A stretch of DNA of 49,684 nucleotides from Cellvibrionales bacterium UBA2618 (GTDB taxonomy: Bacteria; Pseudomonadota; Gammaproteobacteria; Pseudomonadales; Porticoccaceae): contig DDJS01000042.1 in NCBI GenBank assembly GCA_002339165.1, forward strand, positions 1 through 49,684. The letters are read 5' to 3'. The notes below the pieces were generated by a model. It did no database searches. It worked only from the letters and a program-made list of their open reading frames with translations, and was not told the DNA's origin. Position 1 is the stretch's first letter. Every line of letters starts with the position of its first letter. A program made the translations under genes and the position numbers. This document shows, one piece after another, positions 39,592-49,383 of this stretch.

Positions 39592-39934
39592 GCGACGTCT
39601 TAGGTGGCTTCAACGCTCTTAGATAGACGGGTGAACAGTCCGGCCTGATGATCGCCAACGAGCGCCTTAGATAGTGTCGGTTTTCTGGTTGATGCGCGTC
39701 CTTGTCGGGTCACAGCGAAACGCTTAAACTGCCTCGCCTGGGACGGTTTAAAGGGTGCGTTTGGCAGTCAGTCGATTCACTTGATTTTTAGCCCCACCCA
39801 CGGCTATTTTCGCCCGCAGACATGCAACCTCAAAAAGATGTCTAGACAGTTTTTTCGGCAGCATAATCCGTCGAAGGCGGCAAAAGACCCGCGGCAGCGG
39901 TTTTGAGCAGCCTCGTTTCGCAATGCCGCGGATG

Positions 39935-40903
39935 CTAATTCTGTCCTTTGATCCTTCGGCAACTGGCGGGTGATTTACCAAATTGCGCGCTAAATGCTCG
40001 GCTAAAATGGGATGCGTCATTAAAGCCAAATCGATAGGCTATTTCGGCGATGGTATAACTAGAAGATGCCGGGTCGATAATGGCGGCGTGGCAGAGTTGG
40101 AGCCTTAATTTTCGAATGTGGCGCGACACCGATTGATCCTCGTGTTCGAACAGCATATGCAGGTAGCGTGTGGAGATACCGTGGTGTTTTGCGATCTGTG
40201 CGGGGGTTAAATTTTCGTCGGCAATATGTGATCGTATAAAGCTTTTGATACGGTGCAGATATTCTATTTTAACACCGGCATCAAAAAATGTGTGTCGTCG
40301 TGCATCCGATGAATGCTCCAATGTAGTGTTCAACAGATCTAGCGCATTGACCTCTAGGCGTTGGGCTAAGACGCCGTCAAAACTGTCCAGTCGTGCGCCA
40401 ATCATCGTCATAAACTGAGAAAATAGGCCATTGGCGCCAATGTCTGAAGACATTGCAATGCCGAGGTGTTGCTGGGGTTGTGCAACGCGTTCTTGCATCA
40501 ATGCGGCAGGGATAGAGAGTACGATCTGACTATAGTCTTGTTCCATGTGCAGCGAATAAGGCTCTGAACTGAGGCAGATACAGAAATCGCCTGGTTTTAG
40601 ATGTGCTTCATGGCCCCGATGTTTTATTAGGCTGTTGCCCTGAACTTGGATTTTGATGAGATACATGTCGTCGGTCACTGACGCTATATGGTCTTTTGTG
40701 CGGAAGACATCGACGGGGGTGCTTTTTATTGCGGCAAGCCCGAGTTGGCTCAAGGAACGGGTGCCTAGCTGGCCTGAAAAAATATCGCGCCTTTTTCGGT
40801 TGTCCTCGATTCGCATGGGGAAAAACGTCTCTGAAACAAGGTCCCTAAAAAAATCGAGTTTCTGGCTTTGTGGTAAACACTCAGTAGTTTGCAGTTCGTA
40901 CAT
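39935..40903 (-). CDS. AraC-family activator (FeaR-like)
   Basis: N-terminal AraC_binding_2-like domain; ISTRYLHMLF and IAYRFGFNDASHFSRAF HTH motifs; adjacent to the amine oxidase/ALDH pair. Confidence 0.9.
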   Translation of the reverse strand: MYELQTTECLPQSQKLDFFRDLVSETFFPMRIEDNRKRRDIFSGQLGTRSLSQLGLAAIKSTPVDVFRTKDHIASVTDDMYLIKIQVQGNSLIKHRGHEAHLKPGDFCICLSSEPYSLHMEQDYSQIVLSIPAALMQERVAQPQQHLGIAMSSDIGANGLFSQFMTMIGARLDSFDGVLAQRLEVNALDLLNTTLEHSSDARRHTFFDAGVKIEYLHRIKSFIRSHIADENLTPAQIAKHHGISTRYLHMLFEHEDQSVSRHIRKLRLQLCHAAIIDPASSSYTIAEIAYRFGFNDASHFSRAFSAQFGKSPASCRRIKGQN

Positions 40904-41048
40904 AACGCCGCCTTTTAAGTTGCCTAACCTTAGAGTGGAATCTCTGCCATTGCATTTTTGTGACGCTTTTTAAAAGACGCTGACGACTTCTTGCAATGGC
41001 TGATTAAATCGGGCTTGTTACTCCGTGTATTGTGCGCGCGCGACCTTG

Positions 41049-41086
41049 TGATACTAATCATAGGCTATATTAAAATTTAAGTATCA
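41049..41086. promoter_or_regulatory. Second PaaX operator candidate TGATAC-N26-GTATCA
   Basis: Same half-sites and AT-rich spacer as at 12960-12998, between the divergent araC and TonB receptor genes. Confidence 0.7.
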
Positions 41087-41175
41087 TATTACTGTGGATA
41101 TCAAAAGGGTTCCAGCTTCGAATGTGACTCGCTTAAAAGTCAACGCTGGCGCTGCGCGTCAGTACTTTTATGCAC

Positions 41176-41233
41176 CGCTGAGCATTGAACGACGTGCGCT
41201 GTAAGTCAACCCTTGGCTTCCCTGCCATACAAT
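41176..41233 (+). promoter_or_regulatory. Candidate activator-dependent promoter
   Basis: CGCTG repeats 21 bp apart (41176, 41197). The second runs into GTCAAC, which lies 17 nt before a TACAAT -10 element (41228-41233). Confidence 0.45.
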
Positions 41234-41291
41234 TTTTTGTTTTCTAGTTCTGTTTTAATTACTTCATAAATAAAATTAAATGGGGTGAATA

Positions 41292-43733
41292 ATGGATTCT
41301 TTGAAAAATAAATGTAACTTTCTTGAGTGTGCTTTTCGCTCTGCGTTCGGCGTAGTGCTGATAAGCGTGGGTCCGTTGGTCATGAGTTCGACGCTTGAGG
41401 AAGTTATCGTTACAGCGCAAAAAAGAAGCCAAAGTGAGAACGATATTGGTATTACCATGAACACGTGGACTGGCGATGAGTTGCGAGATATGGGGGTAGT
41501 GTCGGCAGAAGATATGGCGCTCAGAACCCCCGGTTTGACGGTTAACGAAAGCTCAGCCACCGGTGTTCCTCTTTACACTATTCGCGGAGTTGGGTTTCAG
41601 GATTATTCTACAGGGTCCTCTTCGACTGTCGGAATTTACTTCGATCAAGTCGCAATGCCCTATACGGTGATGACCCGAGGTTTACTGTTTGATACGGAGA
41701 GAGTCGAAGTATTAAAGGGCCCGCAAGGAGACCTCTACGGCAGAAATACCACCGCGGGACAAATTAACTTTATCAGCAATAAACCGACTGAAGAATTTAC
41801 CGTCGGTATTAATGCCGGTATCAGTTCGTACTCAACGGTTGATTTCGAGGGTTTTGTCAATGGCGCAGTGGGGGAGACCATGCAGGGGCGATTTGCGTTT
41901 AAAACCATACAATCAAGCGACGGTTGGCAAAAAAGTGTCGACGGTGATGATGAGTTGGGTGAGAAGGATGTCACGGCGCTTCGCGCGTCATTAAATATCG
42001 ATTTTTCCGAGGATGCGTCACTGCTGCTGGTGGCCCATCATGTTGACGATCAATCGGACAATCAAGCGGCGACTGCGTATGACGGTAGAGATATTGGTTT
42101 GGGTGAGTTTTCTCTGCCATACACTGCAATAGCCCCTTATTTGGCGTCCGGAGAAACGCCGCCTTGGTACTCCACGGACGATAACGAAGCGGCCGGTTGG
42201 ACCAACAGCTACACCAGTCCTGTGACCGGAACCACATTTGATATAAGGCCAAAGCGTGACAACCAGTTAGAGGGTATTTCGGCGCGACTGGATTGGGATT
42301 TGGGCGGTATGTCTCTGACGTCGATTACCGCTTATAACCATTTTGAGCGGGTTGAAGCCAACGACTGGGACGGCGGGCAATACAACGATTCTAGTAACAT
42401 TAACACCACAGAATTAGAGGTTTTTTCCCAAGAAATCCAATTAAGTGGCTCGACGGAGTCACTAGACTGGGTTGTTGGAGCCTACTACTCAAGTGACGAG
42501 ATGGACGAGTACTACCATTACTTTATGTCGGATTCGATGTTTGGTGGCGCCTCGTTGGTATTTGATATAGCGCCGTTTAATTTGAATGGCTATGGCATAC
42601 TGGAATTAGATACCAAGTATAAGCAGGAGACAGATTCAAAAGCCATTTTTGGCCATGTTGAATGGCAGTTTGCCGAAAATTTGAAGCTGACATTCGGCGC
42701 TCGCCACACCAAGGAACAGCGTGATTGGACCGGATGCACCTATTCTGCCGCGGACAATACGCTGGGCACCTTTAACAACTTTGCGTTCGGAACTACGTTA
42801 ACTCCCGGTAGCTGCGGCACTGTTGATGATATACCGACGTCGCCCACCTTTATTCTTAACTTGCTCGGTACCGCGAATGCTAACGATGGATTGGCCGTCT
42901 TTACCGATAGCATTGATACCAGTCGCACAATGGGTAAGTTAGGGCTGGATTACACGCCATCAAAGGATCTTTTGGTTTACGGAACGATCTCACAAGGCTT
43001 CAAATCTGGCGGTTTCAACGGCGCCAACTCGAATACCTCCACGCAGTTGCTACCATATGATGAAGAGATATTGACGGCCTATGAAATCGGTGCGAAGGCG
43101 ACGTTACTCGATGGGTCGTTGCAGTTGAATACGGCCATATTTAGCTATGATTACGAGGATAAACAGGAAAAAGATAGGGTGATAACGCTGGTAGGCGCGA
43201 TTTCGGGGATCACTAACGTTGATAAATCCAGCATCACGGGTGCCGAAGTTGATGTTCAATGGATGGCGAGCGATAGCTTACGGCTGGCCTTTGGCGCTGC
43301 TTGGTTAGACACTGAAGTCGACGAATGGCAGGCCGTTGACGTTGCCAACAGTGAGTGGCTTGTGACTACGGCACGCTTCGACGCGTCGGGCAGCGAACTG
43401 CCCCAAGCACCAGAGTTGTCTTACACTGCGTTGATTAGTTACGACACTAGTATCACCGAGAATCTCGTCTTGGGTGTTGCAGCCGACCTCAGTTATACCG
43501 ACGAAACATCCGGTGGCGTCGCCCTTGATCGAGCCACAGAAGACTATATGGTGATCAACTCGAGGATTTCCATCGGCGACGTCAGCGAGAAATGGCGCGC
43601 GATGTTGTGGGTACGTAATGTTGCCGACGAGGATTATTACCCATCGGCATTTATCGGTGGCAATGGACCCTATGTGCGGAGCATGGGCATGCCGCGTACA
43701 GTTGGTGTTACGTTTAGTTATTCTATGCAGTGA
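41292..43733 (+). CDS. TonB-dependent receptor
   Basis: LEEVIVTAQKR, IRGVG, DTERVEVLKGPQGDLYGRN and GFKSGGFN motifs; terminal beta-strand. Confidence 0.95.
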   Translation: MDSLKNKCNFLECAFRSAFGVVLISVGPLVMSSTLEEVIVTAQKRSQSENDIGITMNTWTGDELRDMGVVSAEDMALRTPGLTVNESSATGVPLYTIRGVGFQDYSTGSSSTVGIYFDQVAMPYTVMTRGLLFDTERVEVLKGPQGDLYGRNTTAGQINFISNKPTEEFTVGINAGISSYSTVDFEGFVNGAVGETMQGRFAFKTIQSSDGWQKSVDGDDELGEKDVTALRASLNIDFSEDASLLLVAHHVDDQSDNQAATAYDGRDIGLGEFSLPYTAIAPYLASGETPPWYSTDDNEAAGWTNSYTSPVTGTTFDIRPKRDNQLEGISARLDWDLGGMSLTSITAYNHFERVEANDWDGGQYNDSSNINTTELEVFSQEIQLSGSTESLDWVVGAYYSSDEMDEYYHYFMSDSMFGGASLVFDIAPFNLNGYGILELDTKYKQETDSKAIFGHVEWQFAENLKLTFGARHTKEQRDWTGCTYSAADNTLGTFNNFAFGTTLTPGSCGTVDDIPTSPTFILNLLGTANANDGLAVFTDSIDTSRTMGKLGLDYTPSKDLLVYGTISQGFKSGGFNGANSNTSTQLLPYDEEILTAYEIGAKATLLDGSLQLNTAIFSYDYEDKQEKDRVITLVGAISGITNVDKSSITGAEVDVQWMASDSLRLAFGAAWLDTEVDEWQAVDVANSEWLVTTARFDASGSELPQAPELSYTALISYDTSITENLVLGVAADLSYTDETSGGVALDRATEDYMVINSRISIGDVSEKWRAMLWVRNVADEDYYPSAFIGGNGPYVRSMGMPRTVGVTFSYSMQ

Positions 43734-43908
43734 TCGTGTCGCGCCTTGAATGTGCGAGCGATTGTTGGCCAGTCTCCGAGCTTTTTGAGCGTCCCGTTAG
43801 ATCGTGTTTTCGTTGAGGTAAAGAAACAGACTGCGTTGATTGCCAAGAGCGGGGTGTCGACTAGGCGAACGTTGGGGTATGTATGATCGGTAGCGGGAGT
43901 GGTGTGGC

Positions 43909-45642
43909 ATGAGTGTCTTAAGGTTTACTCGGATCGCTGTGTCGACAGCCTGTTTGATGGCTGTTGTTAGTTGCCAGCAGCAGTCGTCTCAGAGGGCCGC
44001 TGATCGGGTGCTAAAAAATGGCCAAATTTATACCCTTGATGCCACGCAACCATGGGCGGAAGCGGTGGCGATCACCGAGGGGCGTTATGTTTTTATCGGC
44101 CCTGATGAGGGCGTCAATGACTATGTAGGTGTGTCCACTGAGGTAATCAATCTCGAGGGTAAGATGGCGATGCCCGGTATTAATGACGCGCACGTGCACC
44201 CGATGGATGGGGCGATTAAAGACCTCTTTGAATGCAATTTTCCATTCATTGCTAGTCCCAAAGACATTGCCGATGCAGTCGCCAAGTGTGTGGATGAAAA
44301 TCCCAATGCGCAGTGGATTCGTGGCGGTCAGTGGGGGAGTGATTTTTTTGTCGATCACGCCATAGATAACCCTCGGACGTGGTTGGATAGGGTGAGTGGT
44401 GAAAAAGCGGTCATTTTAAGCGATGACTCCCTTCATAATGCCTGGCTAAATTCTAAAGCGCTCGAATTGATTGGCATCAATAAAGAGACACCCAATCCAC
44501 CCGGGGTGGAAATCGTCAAGCATTCCCTTTCTGGTGAATTGACTGGGTTGGTACTGGAGGGTTTTGGGTATCTTCGGGCGCTAGTCCCTCCGCCTGATAA
44601 ACGAGAGTACGACGCTGCAGCGCGGCATGTCTGTGCAACGGCCAATGCCGTGGGTATTACGGGTATTAAAGACGCCAGTGCCAGCACTACGCAAGTGGAA
44701 GAATTCATAACGTTGGATAATCGCAGTGCACTGACGGTCCACTTTGCCGGTGCGCTTGAAACGCCGTATGGCGTTCGCGAAACCCCGCTGGATGTTGCGG
44801 AATTAATCCAACAACGCGAACGATTGATCTCAGAACATGTGGATACTAATTTTGTCAAAATATTCACCGATGGTGTGCCGACAGCCGCACGGACTGCCGC
44901 CATGTTAAAAGAGTATACGCTTGACAATATGGGTCAAATTGCCACTAAAGGGCAGTTGCATATTGGCGAATCGCAACTCACGCGTGATGTCATAGCGCTC
45001 GATGCTGCGGGCTTTACGGTGAAAATTCATACTGCTGGTGATCGCTCGGTGAGGGTCGCACTAAATGCCATTGCTGCAGCGAGGGATGCAAACGGTGCCA
45101 GCGGTTTGCGGCACGAACTGGCCCATGCGGGTTTCGTTGATGCAGCGGATATTCCGCGCTTTCAAACGCTGAATGCGGTGGCCGATCTTTCACCTTATCT
45201 GTGGTACCCGTCCCCGATTATCGATTCGGTTATCAGCGCAGTGGGACGACCACGTGGTGCACAGTACTGGCCTATCAACTCTTTATTGCTATCGGGCGCG
45301 CCGGTGTTAGCCGGTTCTGACTGGCCTGCGGCGGCCGCTAATATAAGCCCTTGGGGCGCGATTGAGGCGATGATCAGTCGAAAAAATCCTTACGGTGATT
45401 ATCCCGGTGCGCTGTGGCCCCAAGAGGCCATTAATTTGCAACAGTCTTTGCAGATATTCACGCTACAAAATGCACGAGCCATGAAAATTGATGATAAATC
45501 TGGCTCTATAGAGTTGGGTAAACTAGCGGATCTAATTGTTTTGAATCACAATCTATTTACAATCCCAACATCTGAGATTGGCGATACACAAGTGTTGCGG
45601 ACGCTGTTTGCCGGTAAAACTGTTCACTTAATAGAGGAGTAA
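43909..45642 (+). CDS. Amidohydrolase-3 (YtcJ/NfdA-like) metal-dependent amidohydrolase, predicted lipoprotein
   Basis: PGINDAHVHP, KIFTDG, HTAGD, HELAH, GSDWP and GSIELGKLAD motifs; lipobox-like VVSC. Confidence 0.92.
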   Translation: MSVLRFTRIAVSTACLMAVVSCQQQSSQRAADRVLKNGQIYTLDATQPWAEAVAITEGRYVFIGPDEGVNDYVGVSTEVINLEGKMAMPGINDAHVHPMDGAIKDLFECNFPFIASPKDIADAVAKCVDENPNAQWIRGGQWGSDFFVDHAIDNPRTWLDRVSGEKAVILSDDSLHNAWLNSKALELIGINKETPNPPGVEIVKHSLSGELTGLVLEGFGYLRALVPPPDKREYDAAARHVCATANAVGITGIKDASASTTQVEEFITLDNRSALTVHFAGALETPYGVRETPLDVAELIQQRERLISEHVDTNFVKIFTDGVPTAARTAAMLKEYTLDNMGQIATKGQLHIGESQLTRDVIALDAAGFTVKIHTAGDRSVRVALNAIAAARDANGASGLRHELAHAGFVDAADIPRFQTLNAVADLSPYLWYPSPIIDSVISAVGRPRGAQYWPINSLLLSGAPVLAGSDWPAAAANISPWGAIEAMISRKNPYGDYPGALWPQEAINLQQSLQIFTLQNARAMKIDDKSGSIELGKLADLIVLNHNLFTIPTSEIGDTQVLRTLFAGKTVHLIEE

Positions 45643-46760
45643 TGGGCTTGTTGAATACATACTTTTTGACAGATGAACGAACGTTTTGGCACACCACTGG
45701 GGTGCAGGCGCTGTTTATGCCGGTGGAAGGTTGGGTTGAACCGCCCGCTGGAAGCTACGGCGCGGATACTCCGGGTTCTAAGCGCCGTATCCTCAACTTG
45801 GTTAGGGCCTCGGGTCTCGATCAACATCTCAGTATACGCTCCGCGCCAGAGGCAATCCGGGATCAACTGCTGGCAATACACCCAGCGAACTATATTGATG
45901 AATTCAAGAAACTGAGCGATGCCGGTGGCGGTGAGTTGGGACTCTTCGCGCCTTTTAGTAAAGGCGGGTATGAAATTGCTTGTCTATCCGCTGGGTTGGC
46001 GGTTGAGGCGGTGGACGCGCTTATGCGTGGCGATGCTCAAAATAGTTATGCGTTATGTCGGCCGGCAGGCCATCACTGCCTTGCGGAGCATTCCATGGGG
46101 TTTTGTCTGTTGGCAAACATCCCCATTGCGATTGAGGCCGCGAAAAAAAAATATGGCATCACTAGAGTGGCGGTAGTGGACTGGGATGTTCATCACGGCA
46201 ATGGTACCCAGGCCATTTTTTACGATCGCGCCGATGTATTGACTATTTCGCTGCATCAGGACCGTTGCTTCCCCCCAGGGTATAGTGGATTTGACGAGCG
46301 TGGTAAAGGTGATGGCGCCGGATATAACTTAAACATCCCTTTGCCTGCAGGTTGTGGCCATGAGTCATATCTCTATGCGATGCAAAAAATGGTGCTTCCA
46401 GCGTTGCAGGCTTATCAACCTGAGTTGATTGTTGTAGCTAGCGGTTTGGACGCAAACAGCGTCGATCCGCTGGCACGACAATTACTGCATAGCGACAGTT
46501 TTCGAGCTATGACCGGTATGATGATGGAAGCGGCTGAACAACTTTGTAGCGGTAGGTTAGCGGTGGTGCATGAGGGCGGCTACGCCGAGGCCTACACGCC
46601 ATTTTGTGGTCAAGCGATTCTCGAAACCTTGAGCGGGGTGAAAAAAGTTGATGATCCCGAGTTGGAGTTCTTTTCTTTGCAACAACCTTGCGAGCGGGCT
46701 GTGGGTTTTCATCGCCAATGGATCGACGATATGGCCCGAGAGTTAAGCGATGTGGGATGA
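45642..46760 (+). CDS. Class II histone-deacetylase-like amidohydrolase
   Basis: RPAGHH, GFC, DWDVHHGNGTQ, SGLDA and HEGGY motifs; TAATG coupling to the upstream gene. Confidence 0.93.
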   Translation: MGLLNTYFLTDERTFWHTTGVQALFMPVEGWVEPPAGSYGADTPGSKRRILNLVRASGLDQHLSIRSAPEAIRDQLLAIHPANYIDEFKKLSDAGGGELGLFAPFSKGGYEIACLSAGLAVEAVDALMRGDAQNSYALCRPAGHHCLAEHSMGFCLLANIPIAIEAAKKKYGITRVAVVDWDVHHGNGTQAIFYDRADVLTISLHQDRCFPPGYSGFDERGKGDGAGYNLNIPLPAGCGHESYLYAMQKMVLPALQAYQPELIVVASGLDANSVDPLARQLLHSDSFRAMTGMMMEAAEQLCSGRLAVVHEGGYAEAYTPFCGQAILETLSGVKKVDDPELEFFSLQQPCERAVGFHRQWIDDMARELSDVG

Positions 46761-46796
46761 ACGTGGGTGGAAACGGTTTGTGTATTGCCCAACAAA

Positions 46797-46821
46797 AAAG
46801 CGCCACTGCTGGTGGCGCTTT
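46797..46821. terminator. Hairpin, probable terminator
   Basis: AAAGCGCCAC-TGCTG-GTGGCGCTTT 10-bp stem 36 nt after the deacetylase stop; the T tract on the plus strand is short. Confidence 0.6.
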
Positions 46822-47020
46822 AAACATGGCTTTGCAGCATTTAAAAGTATGTAGCATGGCAACGGGCTGATCTGGGCTGTTCTGGACAGTTCTTGAAAAC
46901 GTGCATTAATGTGCTAACGCCGACCTTTATGGCAAAGTAAACCGACTTATATGTGGCGCCAGCGATATCTATGTAGCGATTATTGTGGGCGTATTAAACG
47001 GCAATGACCGAGTTGACGTT

Positions 47021-48328
47021 ATGGAAAATCCCTCTGTTAAAAGTCTAGTAGCACGTCGAAGTAAAGTTTTGAGTCAGCACTCACCCCTGTTTTATGATCA
47101 ACCACTTCACTTGGTCAAAGGTGAAGGCGTATGGTTATTTGATTATCAGGGCAGGCGTTATCTGGATGTTTATAATAACGTGCCGCATGTCGGGCACTGC
47201 AATCCTCGAGTGGTTGAGGCCATGCGGCAACAGGCATCGACCCTCAATATACACACTCGCTATTTGCATCAAAATATCGTTGACTATGTGGAGCGATTAA
47301 CCGCTACGTTTGATCTCAGTCTATCCATGGCGATGTTAACCTGCACCGGTAGCGAAGCCAATGAATTGGCTTTGCGTATGGCAAGGCATTATTCGGGCGC
47401 TATGGGTGTGATCGTGACCGACTGCGCCTACCACGGTAATACTGAGGCGGTAGCCGAACTGGGAACCGCGTTTATGCCCGATTCCAAAACCACTAAGCGG
47501 GTTAAAGCGTTCGCAAGTCCGGATTCATATCGAGGACTGGCAAACGTCAAAGAAAAAGATCTTGCTGATGCCTATGGGTCTCAGGTGCAGCGAGCGATAG
47601 ACGAGTTTCATGATGAGGGAATCGGTGTCGCGGCGATACTGGTGTGTCCGGCGTTTGCTAATGAGGGCTTGCTAGATCTGCCCAAAGGTTTTTTAGAAAA
47701 TGCAGTGGCCAAGGTACGCAGAGCTGGTGGCCTTTTTATCGCCGATGAAGTGCAAGTTGGATTTGGCCGAACGGGCCGACACATGTGGGCGCATCAACAG
47801 TATGGGGTGACGCCTGACATTGTCACCCTAGGCAAACCCATGGGTAATGGCTATCCGCTGGCGGGTGTTGTTGCTCGCGGTGAATTAATTGAGCAATTCA
47901 GCCAGCATGCTATGTACTTTAATACCTTCGGAGGCACACCCGTAGCCTGCGCCATAGGTATGGCCGTGCTCGATGTGCTGGAGCATGACAACCTTTTGGA
48001 AAATGCCATAAAAACTGGCGGCTATGTGAAAGATCAATTGGTCGCGTTGCAGCGACGACACGCCATCATCGGTGATGTGCGAGATCAAGGTCTATTTTTT
48101 GCAGTGGAGTTGGTCAAAGACAGGCAGAACAAGGACCCCGCCATAGATGAGGCGAACCGTGTTATCAATTTAATGCGAAATCACGGCGTACTGATCAGTA
48201 CGATCGGAAAGTACCAATCCATTTTAAAAGTGCGCCCGCCGATGCCTTTTTATCAGGAACACGCGGAACTATTTATCTCGACCTTGGATAAAGTCTTACA
48301 GATAGTCGACTCGGAGACCCCACTATGA
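47021..48328 (+). CDS. Class-III PLP aminotransferase-fold enzyme, AGXT2L/phospho-lyase-like
   Basis: YLDVYNNVPHVGH, LNIHTRYL, TGSEANELA, AYHG, DEVQVGFGRTG, LGKPMGNG and YFNTFGG motifs. Start at ATG 47021. Confidence 0.9.
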   Translation: MENPSVKSLVARRSKVLSQHSPLFYDQPLHLVKGEGVWLFDYQGRRYLDVYNNVPHVGHCNPRVVEAMRQQASTLNIHTRYLHQNIVDYVERLTATFDLSLSMAMLTCTGSEANELALRMARHYSGAMGVIVTDCAYHGNTEAVAELGTAFMPDSKTTKRVKAFASPDSYRGLANVKEKDLADAYGSQVQRAIDEFHDEGIGVAAILVCPAFANEGLLDLPKGFLENAVAKVRRAGGLFIADEVQVGFGRTGRHMWAHQQYGVTPDIVTLGKPMGNGYPLAGVVARGELIEQFSQHAMYFNTFGGTPVACAIGMAVLDVLEHDNLLENAIKTGGYVKDQLVALQRRHAIIGDVRDQGLFFAVELVKDRQNKDPAIDEANRVINLMRNHGVLISTIGKYQSILKVRPPMPFYQEHAELFISTLDKVLQIVDSETPL

Positions 48329-49347
48329 CCGACTTTTATGCGCTCACCGCAGCTGAGCAAAGTCCTCTTTTGTTATCGATGGCGCAAGCAGCCTTGCCTC
48401 ATTGGGGGATTAAAGATGCCCGTTTAACGTTGATTAAATATCGGGAAAATGCTGTCTATGACGTCATTGATCAGCAGGGCCAACGCTACGCTTTGAGAAT
48501 ACATCGGTCGGGTTACCACAGTGATCTAGCGTTGAATTCCGAACTTAAATGGCTGATTGCGCTGCATGCATCGGGACTATCCGTGACCCGCGTTGTGCCG
48601 ACCAAGAACGGGGATTTAATGGTACTGGGTCGGATAGAGGGTGTCCCTGAGGCCCGACAAATTGATTTATTTGCCTGGGTTGATGGTCAGCAATTAGGCT
48701 CCATAGAAGCGGGATTGGGCAATAATCAAAACAACACTCAATCGATTTACGATGTCATCGGCCAGAAAGCGGCGTGCCTGCATAATCAGGCCGTGGCGTG
48801 GACTTTACCCGTGCCCTTTGAACGACACGCGTGGGATGCCGACGGTCTAGTTGGTGATGAACCTCTGTGGGGGCGTTTTTGGGAGTTGGGACTATTGACG
48901 GAGGCACAGAAAAATTTAATCTCCGATGCTCGCATAATAGTGAGAGACGCGCTCCAAGCATTACCCATGACTGCGCCCGACTTTGGCCTAATTCATGCGG
49001 ACCTTGTCCCCGAGAACCTGCTCGTCGAGGGCGGTGAGGTCCATTTGATTGATTTTGACGATTGCGGTTTTGGTTGGCACATGTTTGAGCTGGCGACGGC
49101 GCTGTATTTTCTTCGCGATGATGCTTCATATGAATTGGCGAAGGATTCTTTGATTGCAGGTTATCAAAAGCAACGGGCGCTGTCTGAGCAGCAATTGGGG
49201 CAGTTGGAACTTTTTTTAACCGCTCGCGGTTTTACATATCTTGGTTGGATCATCAGTCGCCAAGAAACGCAGACTGCTAAGGAATTCGCGCCAGAACTCA
49301 TCCGCCTTGCCTGCCAGCAGGCAAGGCGATTTTTAATGATGAATTAA
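48325..49347 (+). CDS. APH/choline-kinase-like phosphotransferase (putative amino-alcohol kinase)
   Basis: RENAVY, ALRIHR, IHADLVPEN (Brenner motif) and IDFDDCGFG; ATGA overlap with the aminotransferase-fold gene. Confidence 0.9.
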   Translation: MTDFYALTAAEQSPLLLSMAQAALPHWGIKDARLTLIKYRENAVYDVIDQQGQRYALRIHRSGYHSDLALNSELKWLIALHASGLSVTRVVPTKNGDLMVLGRIEGVPEARQIDLFAWVDGQQLGSIEAGLGNNQNNTQSIYDVIGQKAACLHNQAVAWTLPVPFERHAWDADGLVGDEPLWGRFWELGLLTEAQKNLISDARIIVRDALQALPMTAPDFGLIHADLVPENLLVEGGEVHLIDFDDCGFGWHMFELATALYFLRDDASYELAKDSLIAGYQKQRALSEQQLGQLELFLTARGFTYLGWIISRQETQTAKEFAPELIRLACQQARRFLMMN

Positions 49348-49383
49348 CGACCGATATTGAAGTTGTGCATAACAGGATATCCT

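Noticed and set aside
39588-39934. Gene or remnant after the amine oxidase (ATGA overlap; minus-strand 93-aa ORF)
   Set aside because: The plus frame stops after 12 codons and I found no recognisable motif in the frames I read.
48325-49347. Aminoglycoside resistance phosphotransferase
   Set aside because: Only the fold is shared; its length and coupling to a PLP enzyme indicate a metabolic kinase.
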